This document shows positions 1-10,547 of a stretch of 64,000 nt of DNA, one piece after another; the first letter of the stretch is position 1, and every line of letters starts with the position of its first letter. A model generated the notes under the pieces. That model was not told where the DNA came from. It ran no database searches and saw only the letters and a program-made list of their open reading frames with translations. The stretch is from IMG/VR virus record IMGVR_UViG_3300013094_000021. One strand, 5' to 3'. The position numbers and the translations under genes are program-made. The DNA comes from a virus. Lineage: Duplodnaviria; Heunggongvirae; Uroviricota; Caudoviricetes.

Positions 1-219
1 TATATTTTTGACGAAAAATCCCTTGGAATTATTCAGGGACATCTCCATCTTAATAAAATAGATAATTTAACCCCTAAAAGATACGTTGTCGGTCAACTTT
101 GCAAATCCGACCATCATAGAGATAAGAATAAAAAAGGCGGAAACTACTTGCTTTTGGGCGAGAATGGTATAGAATATAAAGCGTTATGAGTTGTCTAGCT
201 AATAAATAAAACAATTAAT

Positions 220-687
220 ATGAAAATTCAAAATATACTATTAAAAGGAGTCTATGATAAACCCACTGGAAGGTATATTTATTCCTATTCTTGTTCTGTA
301 TGCGGAGCGAAAAAGACCGCCAAACTTGGACGTAAAACATACTTAGGGACTGGAAAGTGCAAAAAGTGTATAGCCACCGAGCAATCCTATAATTCAGAAC
401 AAAGTGGCAAGCCGCTTCATTTTAAAGGCAAGCCAGTTTCTTTTAGATTTTACAATAGAGAAGAGGTCGAACACGCCGAATCAATTAGAGCTTTTTGCAG
501 AAAACATCCAGAGCTAGGAGAAAACGCCAGCTATCATTTTTCAGGCGTTATTAATGGAAAAAGACTCCACTATAAAGGATGGTTACTTGGAAGCAATAAA
601 GTCAAGCTAGAAGAAAGTAAAGTAAAAACAATAGAAATGACATTAGTAAATAGGGCGATAATTAATCTCGATTATTTCAAAAAGTAA
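220..687 (+). CDS. hypothetical protein with CxxC...CxxC zinc-finger-like cysteines
   Basis: 155-aa ORF on the dominant strand, A-rich leader; CSVCG...CKKC pairs. Confidence 0.4.
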   Translation: MKIQNILLKGVYDKPTGRYIYSYSCSVCGAKKTAKLGRKTYLGTGKCKKCIATEQSYNSEQSGKPLHFKGKPVSFRFYNREEVEHAESIRAFCRKHPELGENASYHFSGVINGKRLHYKGWLLGSNKVKLEESKVKTIEMTLVNRAIINLDYFKK

Positions 688-697
688 TTCTATATCA

Positions 698-901
698 ATG
701 ACGCGCACCTGTAAATTTTGCGGCAAATCCGGCCTTTTATGGAAAACCATTGACGGCAAGTGGAAATTATTTGACAAAACAGGCGGCAAGCATTATTGTA
801 TTAAAGAGAAGCCTAAAAGTGATTTTGATATTAAGAGTTTTAGAAAAGATGCGGCGATAGAAAAAGCATTAAAGATATTTAAGAAGAAATTAATAAAATA
901 A
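698..901 (+). CDS. small zinc-ribbon protein
   Basis: 67 aa, CKFCG...HYC motif, follows previous gene by 10 nt. Confidence 0.35.
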   Translation: MTRTCKFCGKSGLLWKTIDGKWKLFDKTGGKHYCIKEKPKSDFDIKSFRKDAAIEKALKIFKKKLIK

Positions 902-940
902 ACTCACTGTGACGCTATTTTTAGTGTAAATAGTGTCATT

Positions 941-1492
941 ATGAGTTTTGCTAAAGATTTAACCGGAATGGTATTTAATGATTGGACTGTCTTGTTCAGA
1001 AACGGTAAGTATAAAACCGGCTGTGCATTATGGAGATGTAAATGTAAGTGCGGGTTTGAAAAAGACCTGCGAACTTTCCACCTAACAAAGAGCTACAGTA
1101 AACAATGTAGAGGGTGTGCAGATAAATCAGTAGGGATAAAATCACGAATCATTTTTGATACTGGTCTAGCCAATAACCAATTTTGGGGTAGAAATGTTTT
1201 ATATGTAGCGAGAAAAAGAAAAATACCTGTTTTATTAACACTGGACGAAGCCAATGATATATTCTTCTCACAAGATAGAAAATGCGCTTTAACCGGCGTT
1301 AGCCTAAAATTTCCATCTAGAAGAAAAGATAATAATGGAACGGCATCATTAGATAGAATTGACTCATCAAGACCGTATGAAAAAGGTAATGTTCAATGGG
1401 TTCATAAGGATGTAAATAAAATGAAAATGGATTTTGAAAATACATATTTTATTGAAATTTGCAAACTAGTATCTAATAAATTTAAATCTTGA
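941..1492 (+). CDS. HNH homing endonuclease
   Basis: C-terminal LDRIDSSRPYEKGNVQWVHKDVNKMK matches HNH motif of phage homing endonucleases. Confidence 0.65.
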   Translation: MSFAKDLTGMVFNDWTVLFRNGKYKTGCALWRCKCKCGFEKDLRTFHLTKSYSKQCRGCADKSVGIKSRIIFDTGLANNQFWGRNVLYVARKRKIPVLLTLDEANDIFFSQDRKCALTGVSLKFPSRRKDNNGTASLDRIDSSRPYEKGNVQWVHKDVNKMKMDFENTYFIEICKLVSNKFKS

Positions 1493-1521
1493 CTTTGTAA
1501 TGTAATATATTATCATTAAGT

Positions 1522-2094
1522 ATGAATTATTGGTGGACGGCTGACAGTCATTTTTTTCACAAAAATATTTGCCTATATTGTAATAGGCCATTTGAATCTG
1601 TAGAAGAAATGAATGAAAAAATTATTGAAAATTGGAACAATAATGTCAAAGATAATGATATTATATTTTTTCTAGGTGATTTTGCTTTTGGAAACGAAAA
1701 ATGTATTGGCGAGCTTTTATTAAGACTAAAAGGAAATATTAAAATAATCTTTGGGAACCACGACAAAACCCTAAGAAAGTTTGCTAAATGTGATTTTAAA
1801 TCTGGTCAGTATTATAATTTACATAAAAGAATTGAGTTTTTAGGAGACTATAAAGAAATTTCAGTAAATAGCCAGTATATTACTTTGTCTCATTATGCTA
1901 TGCGCGTATTTAATCGTTCTCACAGAGGCGGCTGGCAGTTGTGGGGCCATTCTCACGGCTCTTTACCTGACGACCCACACAGTTTAAGTTTTGATGTAGG
2001 GGTTGACTGTCATAATTATTCTCCAATTAATTTTGAGCAAGTAAAAGAAATAATGAGTAAGAAACAATTTAAACCAATAGAACATCACGCTTGA
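1522..2094 (+). CDS. calcineurin-like metallophosphoesterase
   Basis: WWTADSHFFH, FLGDFAFGN, GNHD, GHSH motifs of the metallophosphatase fold. Confidence 0.65.
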   Translation: MNYWWTADSHFFHKNICLYCNRPFESVEEMNEKIIENWNNNVKDNDIIFFLGDFAFGNEKCIGELLLRLKGNIKIIFGNHDKTLRKFAKCDFKSGQYYNLHKRIEFLGDYKEISVNSQYITLSHYAMRVFNRSHRGGWQLWGHSHGSLPDDPHSLSFDVGVDCHNYSPINFEQVKEIMSKKQFKPIEHHA

Positions 2095-2233
2095 AATACA
2101 ATAAAAACAAAATTAAATTTGACTTTAGCTCTAGATTAAATTATCCGTCTGGTAGGTTCTGGCTTTGGTATGTAGGCCAAAATAATAAATCTAAACGCTT
2201 GACTAAAAAAACTAAACCTATTAAAATCATCCA

Positions 2234-2635
2234 ATGAAAGAAAAAAATTTAATAGACTTATTTTTATTATACTTTTGGTATTACCGATGCCGATTTACCT
2301 TCTGGCTTCAAGGCGGAAAGTATTTCCACATATCCGTTGGAGAATCGAGCGAGCCGCTATGGAAAGCGTATCAGGAGTTTCATAGAATTCTAAATGAGCC
2401 AAAGCAAAAAACAAGCAACCAAACCGATTACGATATTTTTGGCGGCAAGGAAGAGGAAGATTTAAGAAAATTTTACCAGAATAAATATTCTCTTTCGGAC
2501 TCGGAAATATGGGACTTGCATTCAAGCTTTAGTCCTAGAAAAGTTAGGTCAGACCTAACATATCACGAAATAAAATATTACATTGCAAGATATAAATACA
2601 GAACCAACCAAAGTAAAAAAACCCTTAATCAATAA
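2234..2635 (+). CDS. hypothetical protein
   Basis: 133-aa ORF, + strand, no recognisable motif. Confidence 0.35.
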   Translation: MKEKNLIDLFLLYFWYYRCRFTFWLQGGKYFHISVGESSEPLWKAYQEFHRILNEPKQKTSNQTDYDIFGGKEEEDLRKFYQNKYSLSDSEIWDLHSSFSPRKVRSDLTYHEIKYYIARYKYRTNQSKKTLNQ

Positions 2636-3037
2636 ATGAAGCCAGATTTAATAAAAATATCTAAATCATCCGGCATAAAAGCCGCCGAAACAAAATGCGG
2701 TTTCAGATACAAAATAGCTAACTACAAAAAATTTAAAAAAAAGAAAGGAGTCGTATATATTTTCGAGGATTACGGCGAAAAAGCCGCCTTCAAAACTATT
2801 TCATATCAATTTTCAGATGGCAAATTTACAAAATCGTCGAGCGCTTTTTGGCTCAAAATAATAAACAACAAACTAAAAATACAAAAATCAAATGGATTTA
2901 ATATTCCATATCCAGAAACAATATCGAACCGCAACCACGCTCTTTGTAAAAAATTCGACCTTAAAACCTCAGGCCGAGAAAAACTTCAAATCAATTCTTT
3001 TGAAATGGCTCTCCAGAAACGAAATAAACATACCTAG
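2636..3037 (+). CDS. hypothetical protein
   Basis: 133-aa ORF; 3' end overlaps start of next ORF in another frame. Confidence 0.3.
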   Translation: MKPDLIKISKSSGIKAAETKCGFRYKIANYKKFKKKKGVVYIFEDYGEKAAFKTISYQFSDGKFTKSSSAFWLKIINNKLKIQKSNGFNIPYPETISNRNHALCKKFDLKTSGREKLQINSFEMALQKRNKHT

Positions 3038-3920
3038 AAAATACCAAAAAAACCTATCAATACTCCTATACGTCGCTTCTTATCCGAATTTTAAATACAT
3101 CGTTGACGTATTTAATCCAAGTATTAGCGGATATTTCCAAATTCCATCACCACTAACCAAAGAAATAAATAAGTCTAAAGGCTGGAACGATTTTCTAAAT
3201 AGATGTTTTAATACGAAAGGAAAAAGAATAAAGGAAATAGTTTCCAGATATTTCAAGTCCTCAAATTTAGATATATTCTGTAGAGGTCTTTTATTTAAAA
3301 AATTAATAACAGTTGATGATTTTCTAAATAATTATGAAAAAATACAAAAACTTAACGAAATTAATTCATACAAATTAAAATCAATGAGATTTTTTCTTCG
3401 CAATTTCCATAGGGACACCATAATTAAATTCATTGATGAATCTAACCATGAAATTTATAAATTTTCTAACTTACACGACTCCGCCAATCAATTTTACTCA
3501 AACAAATCAAAAATTATACTTCCAAATTCAAATAACTTAAAATTCATCCACGACTACATTTCAGTTGAGGCTAGGAAAATTGAGAAGGAACCGATTGACT
3601 ACTCCGAAATAATAAAAAAATATTCAGAAATAAATAATCTAAAAATTAAAGATTTTTCAATTGAAATTCCTCCAAATAGCCATAAATTAATCGAATATGG
3701 TCAATTAATGAGTAATTGCATAGGCGGCTACTCAAATTATATGAAAAATCCGAATAATTTGATATTGTCGGTTTACAAATCTGGAAAGTTGAAGTATAAT
3801 ATAGCCATATCGAATAAAAAAATACATCAGTTCTACGGCGAGAGAAACAGCAAGCCGGACGAGAACGAATTTAAAGAAATAAGTCAATTATTAATTGAGA
3901 AAAATTTACTAGAAAATTGA
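2892..3920 (+). CDS. hypothetical protein (342 aa)
   Basis: long ORF, + strand; true start uncertain (overlap with 2636..3037). Confidence 0.4.
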   Translation: MDLIFHIQKQYRTATTLFVKNSTLKPQAEKNFKSILLKWLSRNEINIPRKYQKNLSILLYVASYPNFKYIVDVFNPSISGYFQIPSPLTKEINKSKGWNDFLNRCFNTKGKRIKEIVSRYFKSSNLDIFCRGLLFKKLITVDDFLNNYEKIQKLNEINSYKLKSMRFFLRNFHRDTIIKFIDESNHEIYKFSNLHDSANQFYSNKSKIILPNSNNLKFIHDYISVEARKIEKEPIDYSEIIKKYSEINNLKIKDFSIEIPPNSHKLIEYGQLMSNCIGGYSNYMKNPNNLILSVYKSGKLKYNIAISNKKIHQFYGERNSKPDENEFKEISQLLIEKNLLEN

Positions 3921-3923
3921 AAT

Positions 3924-4580
3924 ATGAACTTAAACCTGAATTCCTTTTCAGTTTTGGTTGTTAATCGCTCTTGGATGCCACTAGGAACGACTACCATAAG
4001 GAATGCCATAAAATCCTTATTCTCCTCTCCTAATGGCAATAGCATGGCCGCAAGACCATTTCTGATTGAATACGAGCAAACCGGCGAAGACACTTGGAAC
4101 TTTGAAAATCCAATTGTTATAAAACCAATAGACGTAGAGGAATGGCTAAATTTAAACATAAGACCGTTCGACAGATTTATATCATCTGCCAAACAAAAAG
4201 TCAGAATTCCAACCGTTATTCAGGCGGTTAATTGCGACAAAACTCATTTAAGAGATATTAAGCTAACTAGAAAAAATATTCTCGAAAGAGACGGCGACAT
4301 TTGCCAATATACTAACAAAAAACTACCTAGAAGCCAATTGAACATTGACCACGTTATTTCTAGGGACGAATGGAAAAGGCGCGGACTAGCTGGTTCACCC
4401 GATAACTGGGAAAATATGGTGGCTTGCGACAAAAGAATAAATTCTTTGAAAGGAAATAAATCCGCGCAAGAAGTCGGACTCTCTCTAATAAGAAAGCCTA
4501 AAAAACCACTTCCAGTTCCGGCCTCGGCAATGATAAAAGAAGTTAGGAACAAAGACTGGGAAATATTTCTATTAAAATAA
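3924..4580 (+). CDS. HNH endonuclease
   Basis: CQYTNKKL...NIDHVISRDEW...NMVACDKRINSLKGNK = HNH (Cys/His-Asn-His) motif. Confidence 0.6.
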   Translation: MNLNLNSFSVLVVNRSWMPLGTTTIRNAIKSLFSSPNGNSMAARPFLIEYEQTGEDTWNFENPIVIKPIDVEEWLNLNIRPFDRFISSAKQKVRIPTVIQAVNCDKTHLRDIKLTRKNILERDGDICQYTNKKLPRSQLNIDHVISRDEWKRRGLAGSPDNWENMVACDKRINSLKGNKSAQEVGLSLIRKPKKPLPVPASAMIKEVRNKDWEIFLLK

Positions 4581-5098
4581 TGAAATTATCTTTTAAAATA
4601 CTTCTTTATCCTTCCTTTTATAGAGAATTGTGGTATGACTACGTTTCCACGGTTTTAAAACCTAGAAATAGATGGTATTACTCGTCAATACCTCGCCAAT
4701 TTAGGGATATTGATACTATTTTAGAGGAGTCGGTTCTAAAATGCGTTATAAATATCGTTGAACAACAGAAAATATTTGAAGTTGTTGACCTGCAAGCATC
4801 GGGCGAAAAACATAAATTATTTGAATTGGAATTAAGGAAATATTATAATTTAATTAAATATGAAATACCCGAAATAGAGAATCAAATAAAAAAAGAATGG
4901 GATAAAATTTCAAATAAAAATACAGGCAAAAACCTTAATGAAATAATAAAAGACCTACTTGAAGACTTCAATCCTACTGATAAAAATAATTACGAACAAA
5001 AATACGGAAATATAAACAGTCTGGAAGTTCTTTTACACCAAAAAAAGACCGAAGCTATGGTTTGGATTTGCGAAAATAGAAGTTATATGTGGACTTAA
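4580..5098 (+). CDS. hypothetical protein
   Basis: 172-aa ORF, start overlaps previous stop (ATGA). Confidence 0.4.
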   Translation: MKLSFKILLYPSFYRELWYDYVSTVLKPRNRWYYSSIPRQFRDIDTILEESVLKCVINIVEQQKIFEVVDLQASGEKHKLFELELRKYYNLIKYEIPEIENQIKKEWDKISNKNTGKNLNEIIKDLLEDFNPTDKNNYEQKYGNINSLEVLLHQKKTEAMVWICENRSYMWT

Positions 5099-5125
5099 AA
5101 AATGTCCAATCGTGTATTTCTATGA

Positions 5126-5470
5126 GTGTCAATTAAATTTATTTTAAAATCTAAACATTTAGTAACAAAATCAGAAAGAGAACAATTAAAAAGGCTCCAT
5201 TTCAGAGACGGGCTAATGTGGCCTTTTTTCACAAATAAAAGCAAGCTTGGCATTGTCATACTTGCTAAAATAAATTCTAAAATAGTCTCTTGGGGGCTTG
5301 TATTTGAAAGAAATGAAGAAAAAACCCTGTTTTTATACACTGCGCCAGAACACCGCAGAAAGAAGATAGCAACTAAAATATACCAAATAGCATTCAAAAA
5401 TTTTGGGGATTTATATGTCAGCAAACACGATAAAAGAGCTACTTATTTTTACGAATCCGTTGGACTTTAA
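5126..5470 (+). CDS. GNAT-like N-acetyltransferase (tentative)
   Basis: YTAPEHRRKKIATKIY resembles GNAT motif A (R/Q-x-x-G-x-G/A). Confidence 0.35.
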   Translation: MSIKFILKSKHLVTKSEREQLKRLHFRDGLMWPFFTNKSKLGIVILAKINSKIVSWGLVFERNEEKTLFLYTAPEHRRKKIATKIYQIAFKNFGDLYVSKHDKRATYFYESVGL

Positions 5471-5525
5471 TAGTTTTAGTGCTATAATATATTAAATAAA
5501 ACTTATTTTTAAAAAATAAATTAAT

Positions 5526-5870
5526 ATGAGTGTAAATCAAAACGAAATGAGAAAAAGCATCGTTAAAATGGAGGAGGAAATTAATCAGCAGTTAGCTTGC
5601 CTTCAAGCTACCGCTCCGTTCCTTCTATCATTGAGGGCTAGAAAAATATCTGAACTTGAATACATAATTAAAAAAATGGAAACTGAGTTTTCCGACGAAT
5701 TAGAGACTCGCGCTCAAAGAGTTCACGCCGAAATAATTAACCTAGAAAAGAAAATAAATTGGGAGCAGCGCGAATGTTCAAGGTTTGATGAAAAAATTAT
5801 CAAATTCAATGAAGCTAAAGAAAACGACCTTTTGAAAAAATTCTCAAAGCAAATATTAAAAAACAATTGA
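5526..5870 (+). CDS. coiled-coil hypothetical protein
   Basis: 114-aa ORF, heptad-like charged sequence. Confidence 0.4.
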   Translation: MSVNQNEMRKSIVKMEEEINQQLACLQATAPFLLSLRARKISELEYIIKKMETEFSDELETRAQRVHAEIINLEKKINWEQRECSRFDEKIIKFNEAKENDLLKKFSKQILKNN

Positions 5871-5888
5871 AATAATTAAATAAAAACC

Positions 5889-6167
5889 ATGATAAAAAAA
5901 ATAAAAGAGACGCTAAAAAGCGGTTTATTTTACCTACTATTATTCTCTCCTTCAATAGTAATATTTTCCTTCTTATATCTTTCACAGGCCCGTCTTGAGT
6001 TTGAAAAACAAAGGAAGGACGGCGCAAGCAAATATCCATTAATTCAACTTATTACAACTCAAGACCCATTAGTAGAAGGAAATCAAATGTATGTATATGT
6101 AAGGCTTAGTGATAATACATTCGCTTGGATTAGTAAAAACGGTTTCTCTGTCAAAACCAGCTTCTAA
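5889..6167 (+). CDS. small membrane protein
   Basis: 92 aa, N-terminal hydrophobic helix. Confidence 0.3.
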   Translation: MIKKIKETLKSGLFYLLLFSPSIVIFSFLYLSQARLEFEKQRKDGASKYPLIQLITTQDPLVEGNQMYVYVRLSDNTFAWISKNGFSVKTSF

Positions 6168-6228
6168 AATTCTATAACAAACTTGACTTTTTAATAGTTT
6201 AGTTTTAAACTATATTCATTCTAAAACT

Positions 6229-7188
6229 ATGTCATTACAATCAAAATATCCTAATATTGTCGGACAAACTTCCGTCCTAAATAAACTCGACTTCTTCGTT
6301 GAAATACAAAATAAAACAGGTTTCTTTCCTTTTGTTTTGTTTGCCGGTCAAAGAGGCTCTGGCAAAAACACATTAAGCGTTGACTTATCAAATCAATTAA
6401 AAAATCCTGAGAATTCAAAGATTAAACCTTGCTTTGAAATTAATAGCGCGACAATTGAAAAAATAGATGACTTTTATGCAGTTCTTGATTCATACGTTGT
6501 AAATAAAAATCATGTCACTTTAATATTTGACGAATTCCACGCTATAAGTAAAGTTGATGGACTGATTGATATATTTCTATCCATATTCAACACAAATAAT
6601 CAAATAAATAAAATCTCCAGAAATGGACTAGACTATTCTATTGACAAAAATAAAATAAGTTTTATCTGTATGACGAGCGAGCCTCAAATGCTGCCGGAAA
6701 CTCTCTTGTCAAGAATGGAAATAATTCAACTTGAACAACTATCTTTGAATGAGCTTTCCGCCATTATAAAAAAGAATTTAAAGGAAATTTCCGCCCCAGA
6801 AGAAGTCCTAAATTCGGTGGCAAGCGTTTCAAGAAACAACGGCAGAGAATCCTTTAAATTAGCTGAAAATATATACAAACATTTAAAAAATAAAAACAAA
6901 AACACGCTCCTTGAAGAAGATTGGAACGAAATAAAGCAAAAACTCGGAATAAGAAAGCACGGTATAAATAATATCGAATTTAATATTTTGAAATTTTTGA
7001 ATGCTAATCCAAACGGCGTAAGCTTGAGTCGCTTAAGTTCGGCCATGCAACTAACCGCCGATAGCTGTAGGCTTAATTTCGAGAGATTTCTTCTAGGTAA
7101 CGACTTTATTGAAATATCAGCCGGTAAAGGCAGACAGCTAACTCACAAAGGCAAACAATACATAAACCAATACCAAAATGAACATTAA
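6229..7188 (+). CDS. RuvB-like AAA+ ATPase
   Basis: Walker A FAGQRGSGKNTLS, Walker B LIFDEFHAIS, C-terminal winged-helix-like segment resembling RuvB. Confidence 0.55.
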   Translation: MSLQSKYPNIVGQTSVLNKLDFFVEIQNKTGFFPFVLFAGQRGSGKNTLSVDLSNQLKNPENSKIKPCFEINSATIEKIDDFYAVLDSYVVNKNHVTLIFDEFHAISKVDGLIDIFLSIFNTNNQINKISRNGLDYSIDKNKISFICMTSEPQMLPETLLSRMEIIQLEQLSLNELSAIIKKNLKEISAPEEVLNSVASVSRNNGRESFKLAENIYKHLKNKNKNTLLEEDWNEIKQKLGIRKHGINNIEFNILKFLNANPNGVSLSRLSSAMQLTADSCRLNFERFLLGNDFIEISAGKGRQLTHKGKQYINQYQNEH

Positions 7189-7540
7189 TCATAGTTATAT
7201 TTTTTTATTTATTAAATGCTGGGTTTCGCTCGGTTTAATTGGTTTTTTATTAGGCGGCGCTTGCCTAATTTTAAAGCAAGGTTTTGCTAAAAACTTTTCT
7301 TTTTTAATACTTTATTCATTAGTTTCAACTATTTGCGGGCCAATCATTCTTTTAAATTATATATTAAGGGGATGCACTCAATCAAATATAGCAACTTTGA
7401 TAGTTTATTCAAATAAATTTTACAAGAGAGTATTCAAGAGAAGAATCAAGATTAAATACAAAATATCCGTTCCGCATCCAAACTATGCCGTATGTTGCGA
7501 ACAAAACAAAAAATTACCTAAAAAAAATAAAACTATCTGA
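7178..7540 (+). CDS. membrane protein
   Basis: 120 aa, two hydrophobic helices. Confidence 0.35.
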   Translation: MNINHSYIFLFIKCWVSLGLIGFLLGGACLILKQGFAKNFSFLILYSLVSTICGPIILLNYILRGCTQSNIATLIVYSNKFYKRVFKRRIKIKYKISVPHPNYAVCCEQNKKLPKKNKTI

Positions 7541-7584
7541 AAAAATAATGAAATGGGCTGTAAAAACTGATAGTAAATACAACT

Positions 7585-7782
7585 ATGTCTAAAGATGACT
7601 TAAATAAGATAAGTAACGTCACAATGGGAGGAATCAATCTAAAAGACTGGCCGGATTTGTGTGATTCATTCGTCGAATCCTGCTTTATAGGAGAAAGACA
7701 GGCGACCGAAAGCGAACTGGAAGACATAAATAATAATCACGGTGAGATTGTTTACGAATTGGCCGTAGCAAGTATTTTTTAA
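7585..7782 (+). CDS. small acidic hypothetical protein
   Basis: 65-aa ORF on dominant strand. Confidence 0.3.
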   Translation: MSKDDLNKISNVTMGGINLKDWPDLCDSFVESCFIGERQATESELEDINNNHGEIVYELAVASIF

Positions 7783-8039
7783 ATTATGAACGATTTTCCC
7801 CAAATAAAATACCTCTCATGCGAGCCTTTTCAGATATCGGGCGTTGCTCAAAATATCAAACCAGAATTATTAACTTTTTTATATTTTTCGATATTTTGTT
7901 TGATTTACTTTTTAATAAAATTAACTAGAAAATGCCGCCAAGAAACACCCTTTTATTTAGTTGACTTTTTTGAGTTCTATTTTTATATTTTTGCAGTGGG
8001 ATTTTCTTGCAATGCTTTGTTTAGAATTTCCAATTTATT

Positions 8040-8771
8040 ATGGAATTAATTAGCAAAAATAAAAAAATATTAATTTTTTCGGACACTCACCAAGACGTTG
8101 ATAAGGCTGAAAAGATAATCAAAGAGGAGAGCGCGGATATAAATATTCACGTTGGCGACTTTTTTGATTCGATGTTTCATAACAATCAGGGGTTTATTCA
8201 AAAAACCTGCAAATTTATAGAAAAATATAGCAAATTAGAAAATCACTATTTCCTCTTTGGGAATCACGATTTGCCATATTTATACGAAAACCAATTCACG
8301 ATTTGCTCTGGTTTTGAAATTGTTAAAAAGACATATATAAATAATTCCTTGGATGTAAAAAAAATAAGAGAAAAATTTCTATGGTATATTTGGATTGACG
8401 ACTTTCTTGTTAGCCACGCAGGTCTTCATCCTTATTTTCTTCCTGAAAAAATGGAGATAAATAAGGTAAATATAGATAAATTTCTTAAAGAGGAACAGGC
8501 CGAATGCAATCATAAACTTTTAAATGGCTTTCCGCATTGGTTTTTCTTGGCTGGAAAAGCCAGAGACGGAAAACAAAAGTTTGGCGGCTTGACTTGGCTA
8601 GATTTTGATGATGAATTCAAAATAATAGAGGGAATTCCTCAAATCGTAGGACATACCTTTCATAGTAGGATTGGATGCAATAGAGGTAATTTTTGCATTG
8701 ATACCAATCTAAATTATTATTTAACCATAACCAATGGAAAATTTGAGGTTAAAAATTTCATTGACATTTAA
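8040..8771 (+). CDS. calcineurin-like metallophosphoesterase (second copy)
   Basis: ILIFSDTHQD, HVGDFFDS, FGNHD motifs. Confidence 0.6.
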   Translation: MELISKNKKILIFSDTHQDVDKAEKIIKEESADINIHVGDFFDSMFHNNQGFIQKTCKFIEKYSKLENHYFLFGNHDLPYLYENQFTICSGFEIVKKTYINNSLDVKKIREKFLWYIWIDDFLVSHAGLHPYFLPEKMEINKVNIDKFLKEEQAECNHKLLNGFPHWFFLAGKARDGKQKFGGLTWLDFDDEFKIIEGIPQIVGHTFHSRIGCNRGNFCIDTNLNYYLTITNGKFEVKNFIDI

Positions 8772-8796
8772 AAAAAAGCCTTTACTATAAAAACAA

Positions 8797-9162
8797 ATGC
8801 AAGAAATAAAAGTCGCAAAAATGGTAAAAGGCAACGCCATCATCTTCACGCCAAAAGAAGTTGGGGCCGAAAAGCCATTTTCCGAATCAGCACCTAAATT
8901 AATCGCTGAAAAATCGGAAAACGCAAATAAAAAAATAAATGAATATAAATGCTGCATTTGCGGCGGCGTTGTCTCTCTAATGAGAGCGGCAACACTTTTT
9001 GAGATTGGCCGCGCTCCAGAACTTTTTAATTGTATGGCTTGCGCTAGTAGCGCGGACGTTAAAAAAATGAAAGCTATACAATCTAAATCCACAATACTTA
9101 TCCCAGCTTTTATAAAAAGAGAAAATGAATGCTCATTTGCTCACATTACGGAGATTGATTGA
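8797..9162 (+). CDS. cysteine-rich hypothetical protein
   Basis: CCICGG...CMAC zinc-ribbon-like. Confidence 0.4.
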   Translation: MQEIKVAKMVKGNAIIFTPKEVGAEKPFSESAPKLIAEKSENANKKINEYKCCICGGVVSLMRAATLFEIGRAPELFNCMACASSADVKKMKAIQSKSTILIPAFIKRENECSFAHITEID

Positions 9163-9428
9163 TGAAAAAAGATTTGATTCCAGAAGAAAAATCTGTTGCA
9201 ATTTTAGATGAAGGATGCTATAATGTCCTCATAACTAACGAAGGAAAGATAATAGAAAATAATCTTTTCTTTCGCAAAGAGTCGGCGGTTTCTAGGTTTT
9301 TCAACCTGTTGGTCGAGTTTTCAAGTTCAACTCTTGGAATGGATGATTTGCAAAAATTCATAAAATTAGGCTTATTTGAAAACGGAAAAACGAAAATATA
9401 CTTTTCAGAGCCAAAAATAAACAAATAA
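9159..9428 (+). CDS. hypothetical protein
   Basis: 89-aa ORF, start overlaps previous stop. Confidence 0.35.
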   Translation: MMKKDLIPEEKSVAILDEGCYNVLITNEGKIIENNLFFRKESAVSRFFNLLVEFSSSTLGMDDLQKFIKLGLFENGKTKIYFSEPKINK

Positions 9429-9432
9429 TTAT

Positions 9433-9639
9433 ATGTTAAAATCAGGTGATAGAGTCAGAGTCCTAAAAAGAGGAGAAAATTCATTGGTTTTCAATGAAAT
9501 CGGCAAAGGCGTTGTCCTTGCCGTTGCGAGCGGAAAGCATTCTGATTGGATTAAATATCTTGACAGAGATTGGCCTAGCGTTGAATGCGGCGAATGGATT
9601 TGTGTAAATTCAAGTCGCGTTCAGGTTAGAAAAATTTAG
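9433..9639 (+). CDS. hypothetical protein
   Basis: 68-aa ORF. Confidence 0.3.
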   Translation: MLKSGDRVRVLKRGENSLVFNEIGKGVVLAVASGKHSDWIKYLDRDWPSVECGEWICVNSSRVQVRKI

Positions 9640-10030
9640 TTTACTTATAGCTAAATTTTAATCTTTAAAATCTATAAAAAACTTATTCCAAGCTGAAGAA
9701 GGTGAACACTCTCGTTTTGAAGACATTCCAGTTGAAAAACTTTGCAAAGACGCCTCTCATAATCCTCCGACTCACCTACATATTCCATACGGAAAAATTT
9801 GTATTCATATTTGTCCGACCTGCCGCCGAAAGCTAATAATTCAGCCTCCGCAAATTTCTTTCTAATTTTTCAGAAATTCCTTGACAGTCTATTTTTTTTC
9901 TTTATTATGTATTTGTCGTTAATAAAAAACAAAAAAAATAAAAGAAAAAATAATATGATTGCAATTATCCTTGTCGTCGCTTTCGGAGTTAGTCTAGCTA
10001 ACCGGATTTAACAAAAAAGACAATAAAGTT

Positions 10031-10492
10031 ATGGTATTTTTAGAAAAAAATATTCTTGATATAGAAAATGGCATAATCTGTCAGTCGGTAAACTGCCAAA
10101 AAGTTCAGGGTTCCGGTTTGGCTAAACAAATAAGAGATAAGTGGCCGGATGTTTATAGCGGATATATTGAGTATTCTAATCGTTTCCGCATGGACTTTGA
10201 GAGGCTTGGCGAATATCATATTGTCCAAGTAGGTAAAAAATTAGCTGTTTTAAGCATTTTCGGCCAGCTTTTTTATGGAAACGATGGCAAGCGATACTCC
10301 GATTATTCCGCTATTAACTCCGCTCTTAAAAGCATTGCTAGAGATAGATATTATATGAAGGAAACTTATTATTTTCCATACAAAATTTTTTCAGACCGTG
10401 GCGGAGCCGATTGGAGCATTGTTAGCAAAATGATTGAATATTATTTTCCCAATGCAATAATCTGCAAGCTTCCAGAAAAACAATTCTCTTGA
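10031..10492 (+). CDS. macro domain protein (TARG1/OARD1-like ADP-ribose-binding/processing)
   Basis: GIICQSVNCQKVQGSGLAKQIRDKWP resembles macro-domain N-terminal signature. Confidence 0.5.
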   Translation: MVFLEKNILDIENGIICQSVNCQKVQGSGLAKQIRDKWPDVYSGYIEYSNRFRMDFERLGEYHIVQVGKKLAVLSIFGQLFYGNDGKRYSDYSAINSALKSIARDRYYMKETYYFPYKIFSDRGGADWSIVSKMIEYYFPNAIICKLPEKQFS

Positions 10493-10516
10493 CAATAAAA
10501 AAATCCTCTTTATAAT
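10489..10516 (+). promoter_or_regulatory. sigma70-type promoter (TTGACA-16-TATAAT), representative of >60 near-identical copies
   Basis: cttgacaataaaaaaatcctctttataataa; same extended motif upstream of most genes. Confidence 0.6.
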
Positions 10517-10547
10517 AATCCAGACAAAACAAAAAATCTAAAAAACT

